Assembly (NCBI GenBank): GCA_964016885.1
Contig: OZ024746.1
Span: 83,142,001 to 83,206,000, forward strand
Origin: Eledone cirrhosa
Lineage: Eukaryota
Direction of reading: 5' to 3'
DNA length: 64,000 bases
In this document: piece after piece, positions 42,944-57,051 of the stretch
Position numbering within the stretch: the stretch's first letter is position 1
Layout of the letters: every line of letters begins with the position of its first letter
Made by a program: the position numbers and the translations under genes
The notes under the pieces: generated by a model
What the model was told of the DNA's origin: nothing
Databases searched by the model: none
The model's input: the letters and a program-made list of their open reading frames with translations, nothing else

Positions 42944-42974
<31 letters not shown>

Positions 42975-43345
42975 GCTGATTATAACGATGATGACGATCA
43001 TGAGGATGTTGATGATGATGATGATGATGATGGTGATGGTGATGAGGATGTTGATGATGATGATGATGATGATGATGGTGGTGATGATGATGGTGGTGGT
43101 GTTGGTGATGATGATGGTGATGGTGATGATGATGGTGGTGGTGATGATGATGATGGTGGTGGTGGTGGTGGCGGCGGTGATGATGATGATGATGATGGTG
43201 TTGGTTGACGTGTTGATCGAAGTCGTTACATTCCTCATTTCTTTCTCCACCCCCACCCCCACTTCACTGCGTCATCATTATTGCCATCATCATCATCATC
43301 ATCATCACATTCATCATCATTATCATCATCACCACCACCACCACC

Positions 43346-43377
<32 letters not shown>

Positions 43378-43524
43378 CGCTATCATCATTATCTTCTCCA
43401 TTATCTTCTCCATTATCTTCACCATTATCATCATCATCATCATCATCATCATTATCAACCTCCTCATCATCGTCATCGTCATGATCACAAACACTATCGA
43501 CATCATCATGATCATAGTCATCGT

Positions 43525-43559
<35 letters not shown>

Positions 43560-43743
43560 CCACCGCCGTCGTCGTCGCCGTTGTTATTCTTGACATCATC
43601 ATCATCATTATCATCATCATCATCATCAACAATTTCAACATCATTGCCCTTCATCATAATCTCCATCGCCTTGCCCATCGTCCATCAATTAAAGCCTCCA
43701 CCACCCCAACACCAACAACCAAACAACAACTCCACCACTGCTC

Positions 43744-43833
<90 letters not shown>
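42943..43833. repeat. (GAT/GGT)n followed by (CAT)n and (CAG)n
   Basis: Read directly from the sequence. Confidence 0.9.
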
Positions 43834-43834
<1 letters not shown>

Positions 43835-44591
43835 TACTAAAGTATAAAGTACCGAGCTATTTTACAATGCATATGGCGAAGTCGCTACCAGTCAAAATTC
43901 TCCAACGTTTCACGCAAGAGAGAAAACACAAGGAAAGTCCTTCTTTGATATATATTTGGACAGTTTTTTATGTTGTTGTTTTTTTAAATTTTAGCAAGCT
44001 AGATTTTATTAGGTGAGATTGCTAGCGTCTGGCTCAATCATTCTCTTTTATCCTGACTCTGACTCTGACTCAATTTTCGGTTGATTACCCAGACGATGTC
44101 GCCAAGTGGCTTTCTTTGAAATAAATGAGCCGCTTCATTTGCGAAAATCGGAGCCTGATCAGCCCTTACTAGGTCATCCTGATCTGCAATGAAAGGGCCA
44201 ACTCTAATCGTGGATGTCCATGATCAAAGGCACTTTAGCCATGCAGTCTTTTAGGAGTATCTAGAACTACAGTATCCCTTGGGCCCTTTCATCTTATTTT
44301 TGAGACTTTTTGTGCTTAGAAGAAGATTTTGTTGGCATTTCTAGCCATTTGGGCGAGATGTCGGACTGGCTGAAGAAATAATAGTTTGTATTCATCAATA
44401 TGTATAATTTTCCTATTCAATATATATCATTAACCTATTTATGTATCTACTACGTACATAATACATAAGTATTTCTATTCAATAGATGTGTTACTCACTG
44501 TTTATTTCATTATACATTCATTCTACTGCTGTATAATGTGTTTTTGGCAAACATGAGAAGCAATAATGGCTCAATAAGCGTATAGAAAGAC

Positions 44592-44727
<136 letters not shown>

Positions 44728-45223
44728 ATAAATGTAATCGCAGGGATGAGTATAATGAAATGTATATTTTATTTATGATGAAAAAAAAAGTATATTTATT
44801 AGTCATTTAAAAAACATAAAAGCCAAAGGAAGACGAAAAGAAGAGGTTTAAGTGTTTCTTGATAAACGACGTTAAATATTCTTATTTATTTTTCAGTATC
44901 AGAAATGAACAAAGACAGAAGAAGGTTCCATCGTTCGAAATATAAAAATGGGAGAATGAATGAAGATAATAATGATATTAAGAATGGCGATTAGCAAGAA
45001 GATGAGGATCATCATAGCAATATTTATAATAATAATAATAATTTCTTTTATATTTTGTATTAACGATGAAAACAATAATGATGATAGACATAAGACATTG
45101 TCATATGTATGAAAACCTTAGATGAAAAAGAACAAAAATTTACATCTATTTTTTTGTTTGTACATTGTCAATACATTTACATATTCTTATATTCTTAATG
45201 TACATCAAAATTAGAATTATGAT

Positions 45224-45347
<124 letters not shown>

Positions 45348-45374
45348 AGATGTGTGTGCAATTATATATATATA

Positions 45375-45778
45375 TGCGGTGAATTGGCAGAGTCGTTAGA
45401 ACGTCGGATAGAATGCTTTATGGTATTAGTTCCAGCTCACTGCTGTCTGAGTTCAAAGCCCACCCAGGTCAACTTTGCCTTTCATCCTTTCGGATATCAT
45501 AATATAATAAAGGGACGATTGCGGGACTGTGTCCTGAATATATTTTTTTTATCCCGTTCATAAAGTAAGTTGGATTACTTTGAATAAATAATTGTTTCTA
45601 CTTTAGGCACAAGGCCAGCAATTACCCAGTACATTACTGGTACTTTATTTTATCGACCCCGTAAGGATGAAAGGCAAAGTTAACCTCGGCGGGATTTGAA
45701 CTCAGACTGCAAAGGGACGTAACTATGTTAGAAAGCATGGCGTCCAACCCTCTACCGATACTGCCAATTCACCGCCCT
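45375..45778. mobile_element. Tail-to-tail pair of SINE A copies (+ 45375-45495; - 45589-45778)
   Basis: Both carry the B-box and the ctttgcctttcatcctt domain, in opposite orientation. Confidence 0.8.
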
Positions 45779-46277
45779 TACTTTGAATAAATAATGAATT
45801 AATATTACGTAATTTATGTACTAAATTTCGTAGCTGTTGATTAAACATAAATATTCTTATATATAATGATTGCTTATTTTAAGATTCACTTCTTTAAAAT
45901 TTTCAAATGTCAATACCTCCTGTTACGATATAGCGGACGCTATATTATATCGCTTATATAAACGTGCATATATTTACATCGTTATATAACGTTTATATTT
46001 CTGATGCTAATTTTCTCCTTTTTCGTTTTCATTACATTTCACCGTAATAGTTTATATATAATATCGTCTTTTTTAAATGTATCGCGGATTACTTTACTGA
46101 TTACAGAAGACAGTGTAACACAGTCTCTCTTCAATTTCTGTGCATATTGTCAATTACGATTTTATTTGACGTATCATATCTACATACATATATATTTGCA
46201 TATAATATCAATATGCACACTACACATGCTAGCGGAAAACCATCGGAAGTGTGGTTTTTCTGCTAGTATATATAAAA

Positions 46278-46490
46278 AGGCGTGTGGCTGAGTGGTTAGA
46301 GAATTGGATTCGCAATCGTAAGGTTGTGAGTTCGATTCCTGGACCAGGCGATGCGTTATGTCCTTGGGCAAGACACTTTATTTCACGTTGCTCCTTCTAC
46401 CTGGAGTTGCGACCGATAGATAGTATTAGCAATTGGAAAGACCAACGGAAACATTGTTCCCTCGGTCCGATTTGACGAAAGTCGATCGTC
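46278..46490 (+). mobile_element. CORE-type SINE family B, full copy
   Basis: A-box tggctgagtgg, B-box gagttcgattcc, CORE-like tgtccttgggcaagacacttt, and tail ggaaacattgttccctcggtccgattt. Confidence 0.85.
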
Positions 46491-46849
46491 TTCCTATATA
46501 TAAAAAATATATGCATAGTGTCCCAGCTTATCCTCGAATATGTATATACATTGCATCCACACATACAACAAGATGCTGCGCAGCCTAATAGAACCCGGAA
46601 CCTTGCAATTGCAAAGCAAACTTCTTCACTACACAACCATTTCTCTCTTGTTCTCTTTCTTTTACTCTCGCTCGCTCTCTCTCTCTCTCTCTCTCACTCT
46701 CCCTTTCCTCCTCTGTGTATGTATATATAAGTGTGTATGTGTGTATCTATGTGTACATATAAATAAATCTATATACAAGCAAATATATATATATATGTAT
46801 GTTTATATATATGTGTGTGTGTGTGTGTGTATATACATATATGTATATA

Positions 46850-46891
<42 letters not shown>

Positions 46892-46999
46892 TATACATAT
46901 ATATATATATATATACATATATATACATATATATATATATACATATATAAATAATTGACCTAAAATATTTCATACGTTTTGGTTTGTTATTCCTCTTTG

Positions 47000-47059
<60 letters not shown>

Positions 47060-47386
47060 AATCAAATCGCTGTTTGTTTCTTTAATTTATTTGTATTGAT
47101 TTCTAAAGCATTAGACAATTCAATTTGATCAGCAACTTATAGATATGTGAAGGTGTGCATGAGAGAACATTTAACAAATATGTCACAGCAATGTTTATGG
47201 GGGATTATAATAGATATCCTTTAGAAATGAATCTATTAGAGTTTATAATAAATATTGCTAGAGTTGTGTGTTTGTGATAGCTTAAAATAAATATGCCAGG
47301 GAAAGCTTGATTGCTGCCGATGTATTGAACATAGACTATGAGTGTGTTCGTGAGTGTTTGTGTGGATGTGTGTGCGTCAGTACGTC

Positions 47387-47478
<92 letters not shown>

Positions 47479-47575
47479 TGTGTGTGTTTGTCTGTCAGTC
47501 TTAGTATGATTGTGTGTGCGGCGAATGCGCGTTGTTGGTCGAGTGTTTATGTGCGAAAATCTGATTGTTACAGAT

Positions 47576-47609
<34 letters not shown>

Positions 47610-47648
47610 CCGTATATTCACAATTTTCACAAAAATATATGTATGTGT

Positions 47649-47801
<153 letters not shown>

Positions 47802-48214
47802 TAGATAGATAAATAAATAGATAGCTAGATAGCTAGATAGATACATCACACACACACACACAACACACAACATAACAACATACAACAATATACATACACA
47901 TACACCCGCACACCATATGTCATATGACTTTTTTTTAAATGTCCACACGGAATTCCTTTCTTTCCAGCTTCTTCCATCATGTTCTATTTGCATAAATTTA
48001 AAAATTCTTTGGCTCCATTGGTTCCTATACACAACGAAAATAACAGAAGCAAGAATTTTAAGAAGGAGCGAACATGGTCCAACGCTTTTGATGGCACATT
48101 AAAAGAAACAATTCTGCTGAAATTCTTTGCTAATCTGAATATACACAATATATAGACAATATAGAATGTCCACTTCAACAACAACAGCAACAACAGCACT
48201 AGCACCATCACAAG

Positions 48215-48335
<121 letters not shown>

Positions 48336-48583
48336 TATATATATATGTGTGTGTATGAATATGATATAAACATATATATATATATATAAGTTGATAGATA
48401 TAGATATAGATATATATAGATATGCATATGTACAGAAAGAGATTTTATATATTCATATATTTATATATACACACATATACACCCACACGCACATATGTAT
48501 CTATATATATATATATATGTTTATATCATATTCATACACACACACACACATATATATATATGTGTGTGTGTGTATATATATAT

Positions 48584-48624
<41 letters not shown>

Positions 48625-49176
48625 CGTACTTACATACCAACATGTATACATATACACATACATGCATGTATATAAACATACATACATGCATACATACATG
48701 TATACATACATACATACGTACGTACATACATACATACATACAAGCATACATACATACGTACACACGTACATACATACGCACACACACACATACATACATA
48801 CATACATACATACATACATACACACATACATACATACATACACACACACATACATACATACATACATACATACATACATACATACATACATACATACGTG
48901 AAGTATCAAATTTGTATTGATAATCAAGTAATCACACAGATCATGCTATTTATTTCAATATACCGTTAATATATATATATATATTGATTTCTTTTGTAAA
49001 CATGAAATCTATTTTCTTTATCTTGGAGTTATAATTTATCTTTGAGTATAACTGGTATTATTCTATCGATTTGGGGGAATTGAAGTGGAAAGGTTTGTTA
49101 TTTATGTGACTCAATATTAAAACACACGCATTCACATAAATATATACGTACATTTTTCTGAAGCTATTGTATACAA

Positions 49177-49660
49177 CTGTTTCTACTTTTGGCACAAGGC
49201 CAGCAATTATTCCAGTGTATTACTGGTACTTTTATTTGATCGACCCCGTAAGGATGAAAGGCAAAGTTAACCTCGGCGGGATTTGAACTCAGATCGTAAA
49301 GTCAGACAGACATACATTCAGACAGTCAGACTGACATACAGTCAGGGAGACATACAGTCAGACAGACAGACATACAGTCAGACAGTCAGACTGACATACA
49401 GTCAGGGAGACATGCAGTCATCGAATCTGTTGAACAATTATAATATAGTGTTGCTCGGTAGAAAGAGAAAGGTGAGATAATTGTTTCTACTTTTGGCACA
49501 AGGCCAGCAATTACCCAGTGTATTACTGGTACTTTATTTTATCGACCTCATAAGGATGAAAGGCAAAGTTAACCTCGGCGGGATTTGAACTCAGATCATA
49601 AAGGGCCGTAACTCTATGCGGCAAAGCATGGCGTCCGACCCTCTACCGATACAGCCAACG
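49177..49660 (-). mobile_element. Composite SINE A locus: full copy, captured flank, then second 3' half
   Basis: SINE 49478-49660, insert 49301-49477 (49319-49477 matches 14732-14890), SINE 3' half 49177-49300. Confidence 0.85.
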
Positions 49661-50689
49661 ATCGACTGTTGTTCCAGTTGTTTTCTACATTTGGATTCCT
49701 GGATTCCCACATGTCAATGGTGGTCGTATTTTTCCGTATCTAAGTGTATTTTACCCGATTTTCTAAAGCTATTATATATAGTGATTGGATGTTGTTGCAG
49801 TTATATTCTGTTTTCGGATTCCAGTATTTCATACGTTAAGGGTACACGTGTCAGTGGAGTGCTCAACTATTTGCACGTAAATTTCTTGAATAGTCTGTTC
49901 GATGATATCGTATCAACTGGAACACTCATCGTCGTAACCGACGGAGTGCCTGTTTTATATTTGTATACAGTGTTCGGTACGTTACGAAACACATGCACGC
50001 ACACATGCTTACACTAGCTGAAAACGTTGGCGGGGGGTGAGGGGGGGGTATTTCTCCTAGTACAGAAATTTAGGGGGAAAATACTGCGTGTTCAAACTAC
50101 AATATTACACATACCAGTGATTAGTGCGTGACAGAGTGTGCTGTATAGTGATCAGCTAAGTAAAGTTGTGGCATATTAGTAACTACAGATCAGTTGATCA
50201 CAGTTGTTTGATGGATTACATACATGCCAATATTCTGCTCAAGGAAACAACAGCAATAACAGCAGCCTGTTATCCTGCCTAAGCTAGTCGATCCGAAGGT
50301 CCTTGCTTCCCTTCTTTAACATAGAGAAACTAGTTCATCAAACAAACAAACAAACAAAAAATAGCAACAAAATACAATAACAATAGCAGAAAAAAACCAT
50401 ATGTTCACCAGGACAATTTGTTGTCCTGAAGGTCCATGTTGTATTTAGCTGAACAACAACAACAGCAACAGAAATAATTACTTTTTGTTTTGGATTTTTT
50501 TTTTTTCTTTCTTGGGTGGGGGATTAAATAATTTTTTAACCTGTAAAATAGGATGGATGACTCTGCCTGAATTAGCCGTCAAAATGTTTTCGGCCTATGT
50601 TGAGGAAGGGGGAGGAATGGAACGCGAGGCCAATAATCTAACCTCCATTTACTAAAAATTTTTTACAGAAACTACGATACCTATCTTGG

Positions 50690-50780
50690 ATGCAGGCCTC
50701 TGACAATTCACGCAACCGTGCGGAATGGAGATCTTTCGTCATCCAGTGCTCCATGGGAAGCAAAAGGAAATAGCGAAGAA
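50690..50780 (+). mobile_element. Possible RTE LINE 3' terminus
   Basis: NRAEWRSFVIQCSMGSKRK* resembles the R..WR C-terminus of RTE ORFs and is followed by a short gaagaag tail. Confidence 0.35.
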
Positions 50781-51453
50781 GTCTTTCTTTTCAGTCATTC
50801 ATCCACTCAGTATACATTCATGAAAAACCTATACCCTTTTAGTCATTCTAAAATCTAACAGCCACGCTTCACTACGGTTTACTGATGAGATCTAATAAGA
50901 CCAGAACATACCGAGAGATGTCATCGCACTACTAAAGATCAGACTTACTCTGTACTTTATTATATATTTAAATATGGAATGAATCCAATCATTATTTGTT
51001 CCCCTGTATTTTTGGCAAGAAATAGCTAATTAGCATGAAATTAATTTTGTCATTAAGATTATGGTTTCAATTATATTAGCAACTACTTTGCTAAGAATTA
51101 TCTGGTGTAGCTCTTGAGTATTTATAAATACAATAAATCCATGTTGTGACCTCAGTTATAAAAGAGCTGATTACGGATTCTAAAAGGAAACGAAACTACT
51201 ATCTTCTGAAAACAGAATAGTTGCTGTTTCTCATTCACATAGGATGTTAACGCCGTCGTTTTATATTTTTATTCTTTAATATACATGATTTAATATACAT
51301 GATTTATTAACACTCATTCTATATGGTAATGTCTTCCATAATTTCTATCGGATGTTTAGCTTTATATATATGCTACACATACTACACGTACAACAGCATA
51401 TATGTGTATACGGGGTGTTTGTGTACATAAAATTGTGTGTATATATATATATG

Positions 51454-51587
<134 letters not shown>

Positions 51588-52342
51588 CATATATATATAC
51601 ATATATACATGTATATATATATATATATACGCATAGATGTGCATATACGCATTATATATATATATATATATAATTACACATACAGATATATGTGTGTACG
51701 TGTTATGTGTATGTGTATGTGTATGTGTGTGGGTGGGTCTTTGTGTGTGTGTCAGAGAGTGATTGTGTGTGGGAGTGTATGTGCGTGAGTGTTTGAGGGT
51801 GTGTTTATGTGTGTGAAAGAGAGAGAGAGAGTGTGTGTGTGAGCGTGTGAGTGTGTGAGTGTGTGAGTGTGTGTGTATGTGTGTGAGTGTGTGTGTGTGT
51901 GTGTGTGTATTTATGCGTGTGTGTGTGTGTGAGTGTATGTGTGTGTATATGTGTGTGTGTGTGTGTATGTGTGTGTGTGTGTGTGTATGTGAGTGTGTGT
52001 GTGTGTGTGTGTTTATGCACATTGGTGACGTGGAGGAGAAACTTTTTTTTTTTTTCAAAAAAATCTAATAAAATAATAAAATAATAAACGCTAATTTCAG
52101 AAATTAAAAATTGACGTATGATTAGATATAAGATTGTGAAATATGAAATTTGGTTTCTTAATCCCGACATGCAATGCGGTAGGCTATCTGAGGAAAATGT
52201 TCATGCTTGACAGCACTTCTCCTATATAACTGTCATGAATATTAGCATACTTACACAGTACTTATTAAAATTTAACCGGGCTCTAATCTCTTACCACTTC
52301 GTTCGCTCCTCCTTTCTCTATTTCTCTGCATAGAAACTTAAC

Positions 52343-52380
<38 letters not shown>

Positions 52381-52448
52381 TTGTGTATGTATAAGTGGAT
52401 ATACGCGTATGTGTGTATGTCTATGTGCATATATGTATGTGAGTATGC

Positions 52449-52502
<54 letters not shown>

Positions 52503-52580
52503 TTGTGTATGTATAAGTGGATATACGCGTATGTGTGTATGTCTATGTGCATATATGTATGTGAGTATGCATGTATATAA

Positions 52581-52636
<56 letters not shown>

Positions 52637-52908
52637 GCATACTCACATACATATATGCACATAGACATACACACATACGCGGATATTCACTTATACATAC
52701 ACACATACATGTATACCCACTTATATATGCGCATGCACATACAGAATCATACACAAACACACTCATACATACATACACATACGTATACATACATATATGC
52801 ACATACACGTATACACACTTATACATACACATACATACAGAAAGATATATATATAAATATATATATACACACTTACACATACATACATACATACACATAC
52901 ATACATAC

Positions 52909-53520
52909 ATGGTGGCTGCCAACTCGTTTTCGAGTACGGCCACCACCTTATATCCATGTAGGAGAACCCCTACCGATGCGCTGAACGAGTGTGACTTTTC
53001 AGTCCAGCCAGCGACTTGAAAACTTTGGTACAAACACTACACTTGTGACAATTATTGACACATAGTGCTGGGCCCATGGTACCATGTGATGACAAGTGCA
53101 GAGAGATCTCCAGATATAAAGCAATGCCTGTGCCGTGAATCTTTTATAGTGAGCAAAGGCACTGCACAAAGCCAGTCCCACTCTCTTAACCAAGATGATA
53201 TTTACCAAAAAGAAGAACAAGTCAACATCATTGGATACCATCAGGGTTGCAGGTGTTATATCAGAGTTTTCCTTCTCCTAGAATTCTGCCTTGACAAAGG
53301 CTAAGGGGTCATCTCTCCCGGTGATTTTGGATGGCCATTGACTCTTAAGAGCTCCTTTGCCCTTTGACAGGTTTTGTTTTTAGTCCTGCAGGATGTCCAA
53401 AGTCACCCTCCTCACCAAGAAACCTTGGTGGGGTTGCCAGTTTAGTCGCCAACGATCCGACCATGGGACAGGTTGTACTGGGATACATGTTACCAGTAGC
53501 ACCAACTGGTGACCTGACAT
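52909..53520 (-). mobile_element. Non-autonomous bipartite RTE-derived retroposon, copy 1 (full length ~610 bp)
   Basis: Near-identical to 57052-57656 (inverted) and 59363-59812. It contains the RTE 5'-UTR-like motif ctaggagaaggaaaactctga, a C-terminal [14 protein letters not shown] remnant and a ctcg-aaaa-cgag tail hairpin. Flanked by (CATA)n. Confidence 0.8.
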
Positions 53521-53576
53521 AAATATACATACATACATACATACATACATACATACATACATACATACATACATAC

Positions 53577-53843
53577 ATGATGATGGCTGCCCCCTCTTTA
53601 TCGAGTATGGCCATTGCACGATATTCCATTATTAATAATTATTAATTAATTCTATCATGCAATGCCTGTGCATAAAGATATTTTTTAAAGTGAGGAAAGA
53701 CTGTGCACTGAGCCAATCCCACTCTCTGAACGACAGTAGCTATAACCCGAAAAAAAGAAAAGATCAACATCATCGGTAACTACTGAGCCGCAGGTTTTAT
53801 ATCGGAGTTATCCCAGTTTCCTGAGTTGCCTTCTCCTAGAATG
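53577..53843 (-). mobile_element. Older diverged relative of the bipartite RTE derivative
   Basis: Collinear motifs tggctgcc, tcgagta(t/c)ggcca, gcaatgcctgtgc, agcca(a/g)tcccactctct, tcaacatcat and ccttctcctagaat. Confidence 0.7.
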
Positions 53844-54171
53844 ATTTAGCCGATCATTTCGTAATCATTAGGTCCCGTGTTCAATCACAGAGTGTGTGTC
53901 CCTGGGTAAATGTCATTTACCATAACCACAGGGTAACCCCAACATTATGAGTGAAACTGAGTTGACGGTAACTGTTTAGAATGTTGCCATTTCTCTTCTA
54001 AAATAGAACATTGTCATCTTTTGTCGTGCATATCTGTGTATTTGTATGTGAGTATGCATTCGTATATAGATTCAGATATATGGACAATTTGCCTGTGTGT
54101 GTTTATAGATGTCTATGTATTTATACATACGTATCACCCGTTTCTATATGGATGTATATGCATATATAGAT

Positions 54172-54483
54172 ATGTTTCTTTATTTGCCACAAGAGCGCAC
54201 AAGTAATAGGACATTACAAGACGTGACGGCGGGGGTTTTACATAAAAATTGTGTAAACTTGTGTAAATAAATTAAAATAAACTATATATTAAAATAAAAT
54301 AACAATCGAAATCCCCAATACGGGGCAACGTTACTGCAGGGTTGTTTTACACACCGTAGATATAACAACCCTCAACACCAGGAGCACGTTTTGTAGGTGT
54401 TCCCGCCTTCCCTCTTTTGTATTCCTCAACCTACAGGTTTATATACAGAGAAGGCCCATTCATTCGGGCCATTTTCGCCACAT
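54172..54483 (-). mobile_element. 3' end of a LINE (possibly L1/Tx1-like): last codons plus 3' UTR
   Basis: Minus strand reads VAKMARMNGPSLYINL* and the UTR ends AATAAAGAAACAT. A related copy lies at 30741-30958. (GATA)n is adjacent. The clade call is tentative. Confidence 0.5.
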
Positions 54484-55145
54484 AGATAGATAGATAGATA
54501 TATGCCTATGATGGTTTGCCAAAGTTATCTGAAAAGATAGCACAACGACGACGCGATTGACAAGTCAAAGTGTGAGAGATCCTGAAGTAATAACCTCGAA
54601 TCTAGGGCTACGGTTGCCAACACGGGTTGATTAACCGTGTAAGACAATCCACTAACTTTATTGGCATATTTCATAAAGATGTCGGATTGAAGAGAGTCAA
54701 GGAGAGTTGGGGTTAGATAGAAAATACAACAGAGCAATAGACTTGAAAAAAAATCAAGTAGATGTGTGCCTCGCAAGCTAGAATGACTATTTCAACACGT
54801 CTTTCTCGCTATCCTCCGGAGTAACGCTTTTTCTATTTTGTCCGCTGGGACCATGAGGCGACTTGCGCTTGGGATTCTCCACACAAAGAGCGTTCTCCCA
54901 CAACGTCCAGTCATATATCAACGACGTAGCGGTGATACAGGTCGCTGATATTTATGCTTAGACATACATTTAACTATACAGTATTAAGCTTTACTTGGTG
55001 GTCTGTTTGGTCTGTTTAGTTAAAGCATAGTTGCATAAAGAATAAATGACGACAATTAACTTAAGTAATAGCTGGCCAACCCAATCTCCTGATTAATCAC
55101 ATCATACGATTAAAAGCACGAGGAGAGAAGTTTGTTCAGCAAACA

Positions 55146-55198
<53 letters not shown>

Positions 55199-55551
55199 AG
55201 AGTGAGAGAGACCCCCCCCCCCCCCCCACACACACATATGCATGTATAAATACATACATACATACATACATAAAAACATACAAACCCCGTAATAGACAAT
55301 AAACAAATATTTACGTTGCGCCACACTCTCAGCTCAAGCTCCCTGGTGATGGAATGGGGTGAGTGTCTTTGAACAAGGGTCTCTCTAAAGATGACAATTC
55401 TTGACAGCTCTGAAGATAATTTGCTGCTTGCTCGTTAAAAACGAGTCATTTTAAGCGAGTAAGTTTAACGTGTCGTTATGTCCATATTTTATACGCTGCA
55501 CAGAAAGACCTGTAACATTTGTTCCTTCTTCTCGTCTTGTCTTCATTTTTT

Positions 55552-55607
<56 letters not shown>

Positions 55608-57051
55608 ATTCTTTTATTTATTAGGATTTTTTTTCAACACGCTGACGCGTATGTGTATATATATATGTGTGCGTGTATGTATGTGCATATGCATACATTT
55701 ATATGTATGAGTATATAAATATAAACGTGCAAACACAGACACACTTACAAAAATAAACACTCAGACATACATTCACACAAACGCATGCATACATTCTCTC
55801 AAACACACACATGCATTCACACATACACAGCATAACAAATGGAACGCCAGCCGCTATTTTGCTATAGTTTTTTCACCACCACCCTTCATTTTACACACAC
55901 ATACATTCACACAGGCAGCAGACGTAAAGAGAGAGTAGTAGTATGAGGTAGTCAAACTACTCCTCTTTCTTTACGTGTTGTGACAAAATCGCAGAAATTT
56001 ATATATAGATGTTTAGTTGTTGTTGATTTTATGCTTGTTGTTTCTTTTATGGTATTTTATGTTATTTTGCTTTTTATATGAAGGGCGGAGGTTTGAGTGG
56101 GGAAGTATTTAGAAAAGGAATTGTTTTGTTCTGGTCAGTGCAACTTTTTTGTTTGTTTGTTTGTTTTTCCGCGTTCTTAACTCCGCTTCGTCTTTACATT
56201 CATATTTTTATTGTCTTTGTTTTGTCTCTTTTTTCTTCTGTCTCTCTCTTGTTTTGTTTTGTTTTGTTTTCTAATTTTGCTCAACATTCCTTTCTCGTCT
56301 TTATCACTTTCATTTGCTTCTTTTTCTTTTATGTTCGTTAAAGAAACATCTTTTGTTTTGTTTTTCTATTATTGTCCTATTTGGCTTGTATCCCATTTTG
56401 TTCATATTCTCTGCGCTATTTATCTGCTTCCGTACCTAACAAATACACAACAATGAAGCCCCTAACGGGAAATCGAAACTACCTCTAAGTAAGACAATAA
56501 TAGGGTGTAACCTTTAACGAAGATATTTCTATCATATGATAAACTGCAGATTCTTCGTCTGATACCGGTTATTAGATTTCTGATTATAGCTGGTGTCGAT
56601 TGAAGTTCTAATGAATGTAAAGAGTTTCCTCATTAGGTTTTCTATCGAGCTAATATTTGGCTATCTTGGGGTCTATGGAAACGCCTAGGGAGCTGACTTT
56701 GGTTAAATTGATGGTAACAGTTATGTTTGTCTAAACATAACTGTTACCATCAATTCTTTGAAGATCATTTTGTTTAAGATTGCCAAGCCATCATCAGTAT
56801 CCGTTTATAAGAGTACCATCAACTGCATCTGTTTTTAAGAGTACCGAGGATAAATAAGCCGACGAGGTCAGGTACCACAGCTCCGTCGTAACTCCCCATA
56901 TTTTAATAGTAATGTCCGACAGAAATATGGCATAATTGATATTTTCGGGCATTAAAGGTTTCACTGTCTTTCTATGTCTCTGTATGTATGTATGTATGTA
57001 TGTATGTATGTATGTATGTATGTATGTATGTATGTATGTATGTATGTATGT

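Noticed and set aside
42753-43847. D-rich, H-rich and M-rich ORFs
   Set aside because: (GAT)n/(CAT)n microsatellites with no splice or domain evidence.
46278-46350. tRNA-like sequence (also at 6656-6720 and 25010-25084)
   Set aside because: A/B boxes continue into a CORE SINE body in the full copies and there is no proper acceptor stem, so these are SINE heads and not tRNA genes.
50882-50925. Hammerhead-like CTGATGA-gatc-taataa-gacc
   Set aside because: The GAAA box is missing (agaac) and stems I and III are not evident.
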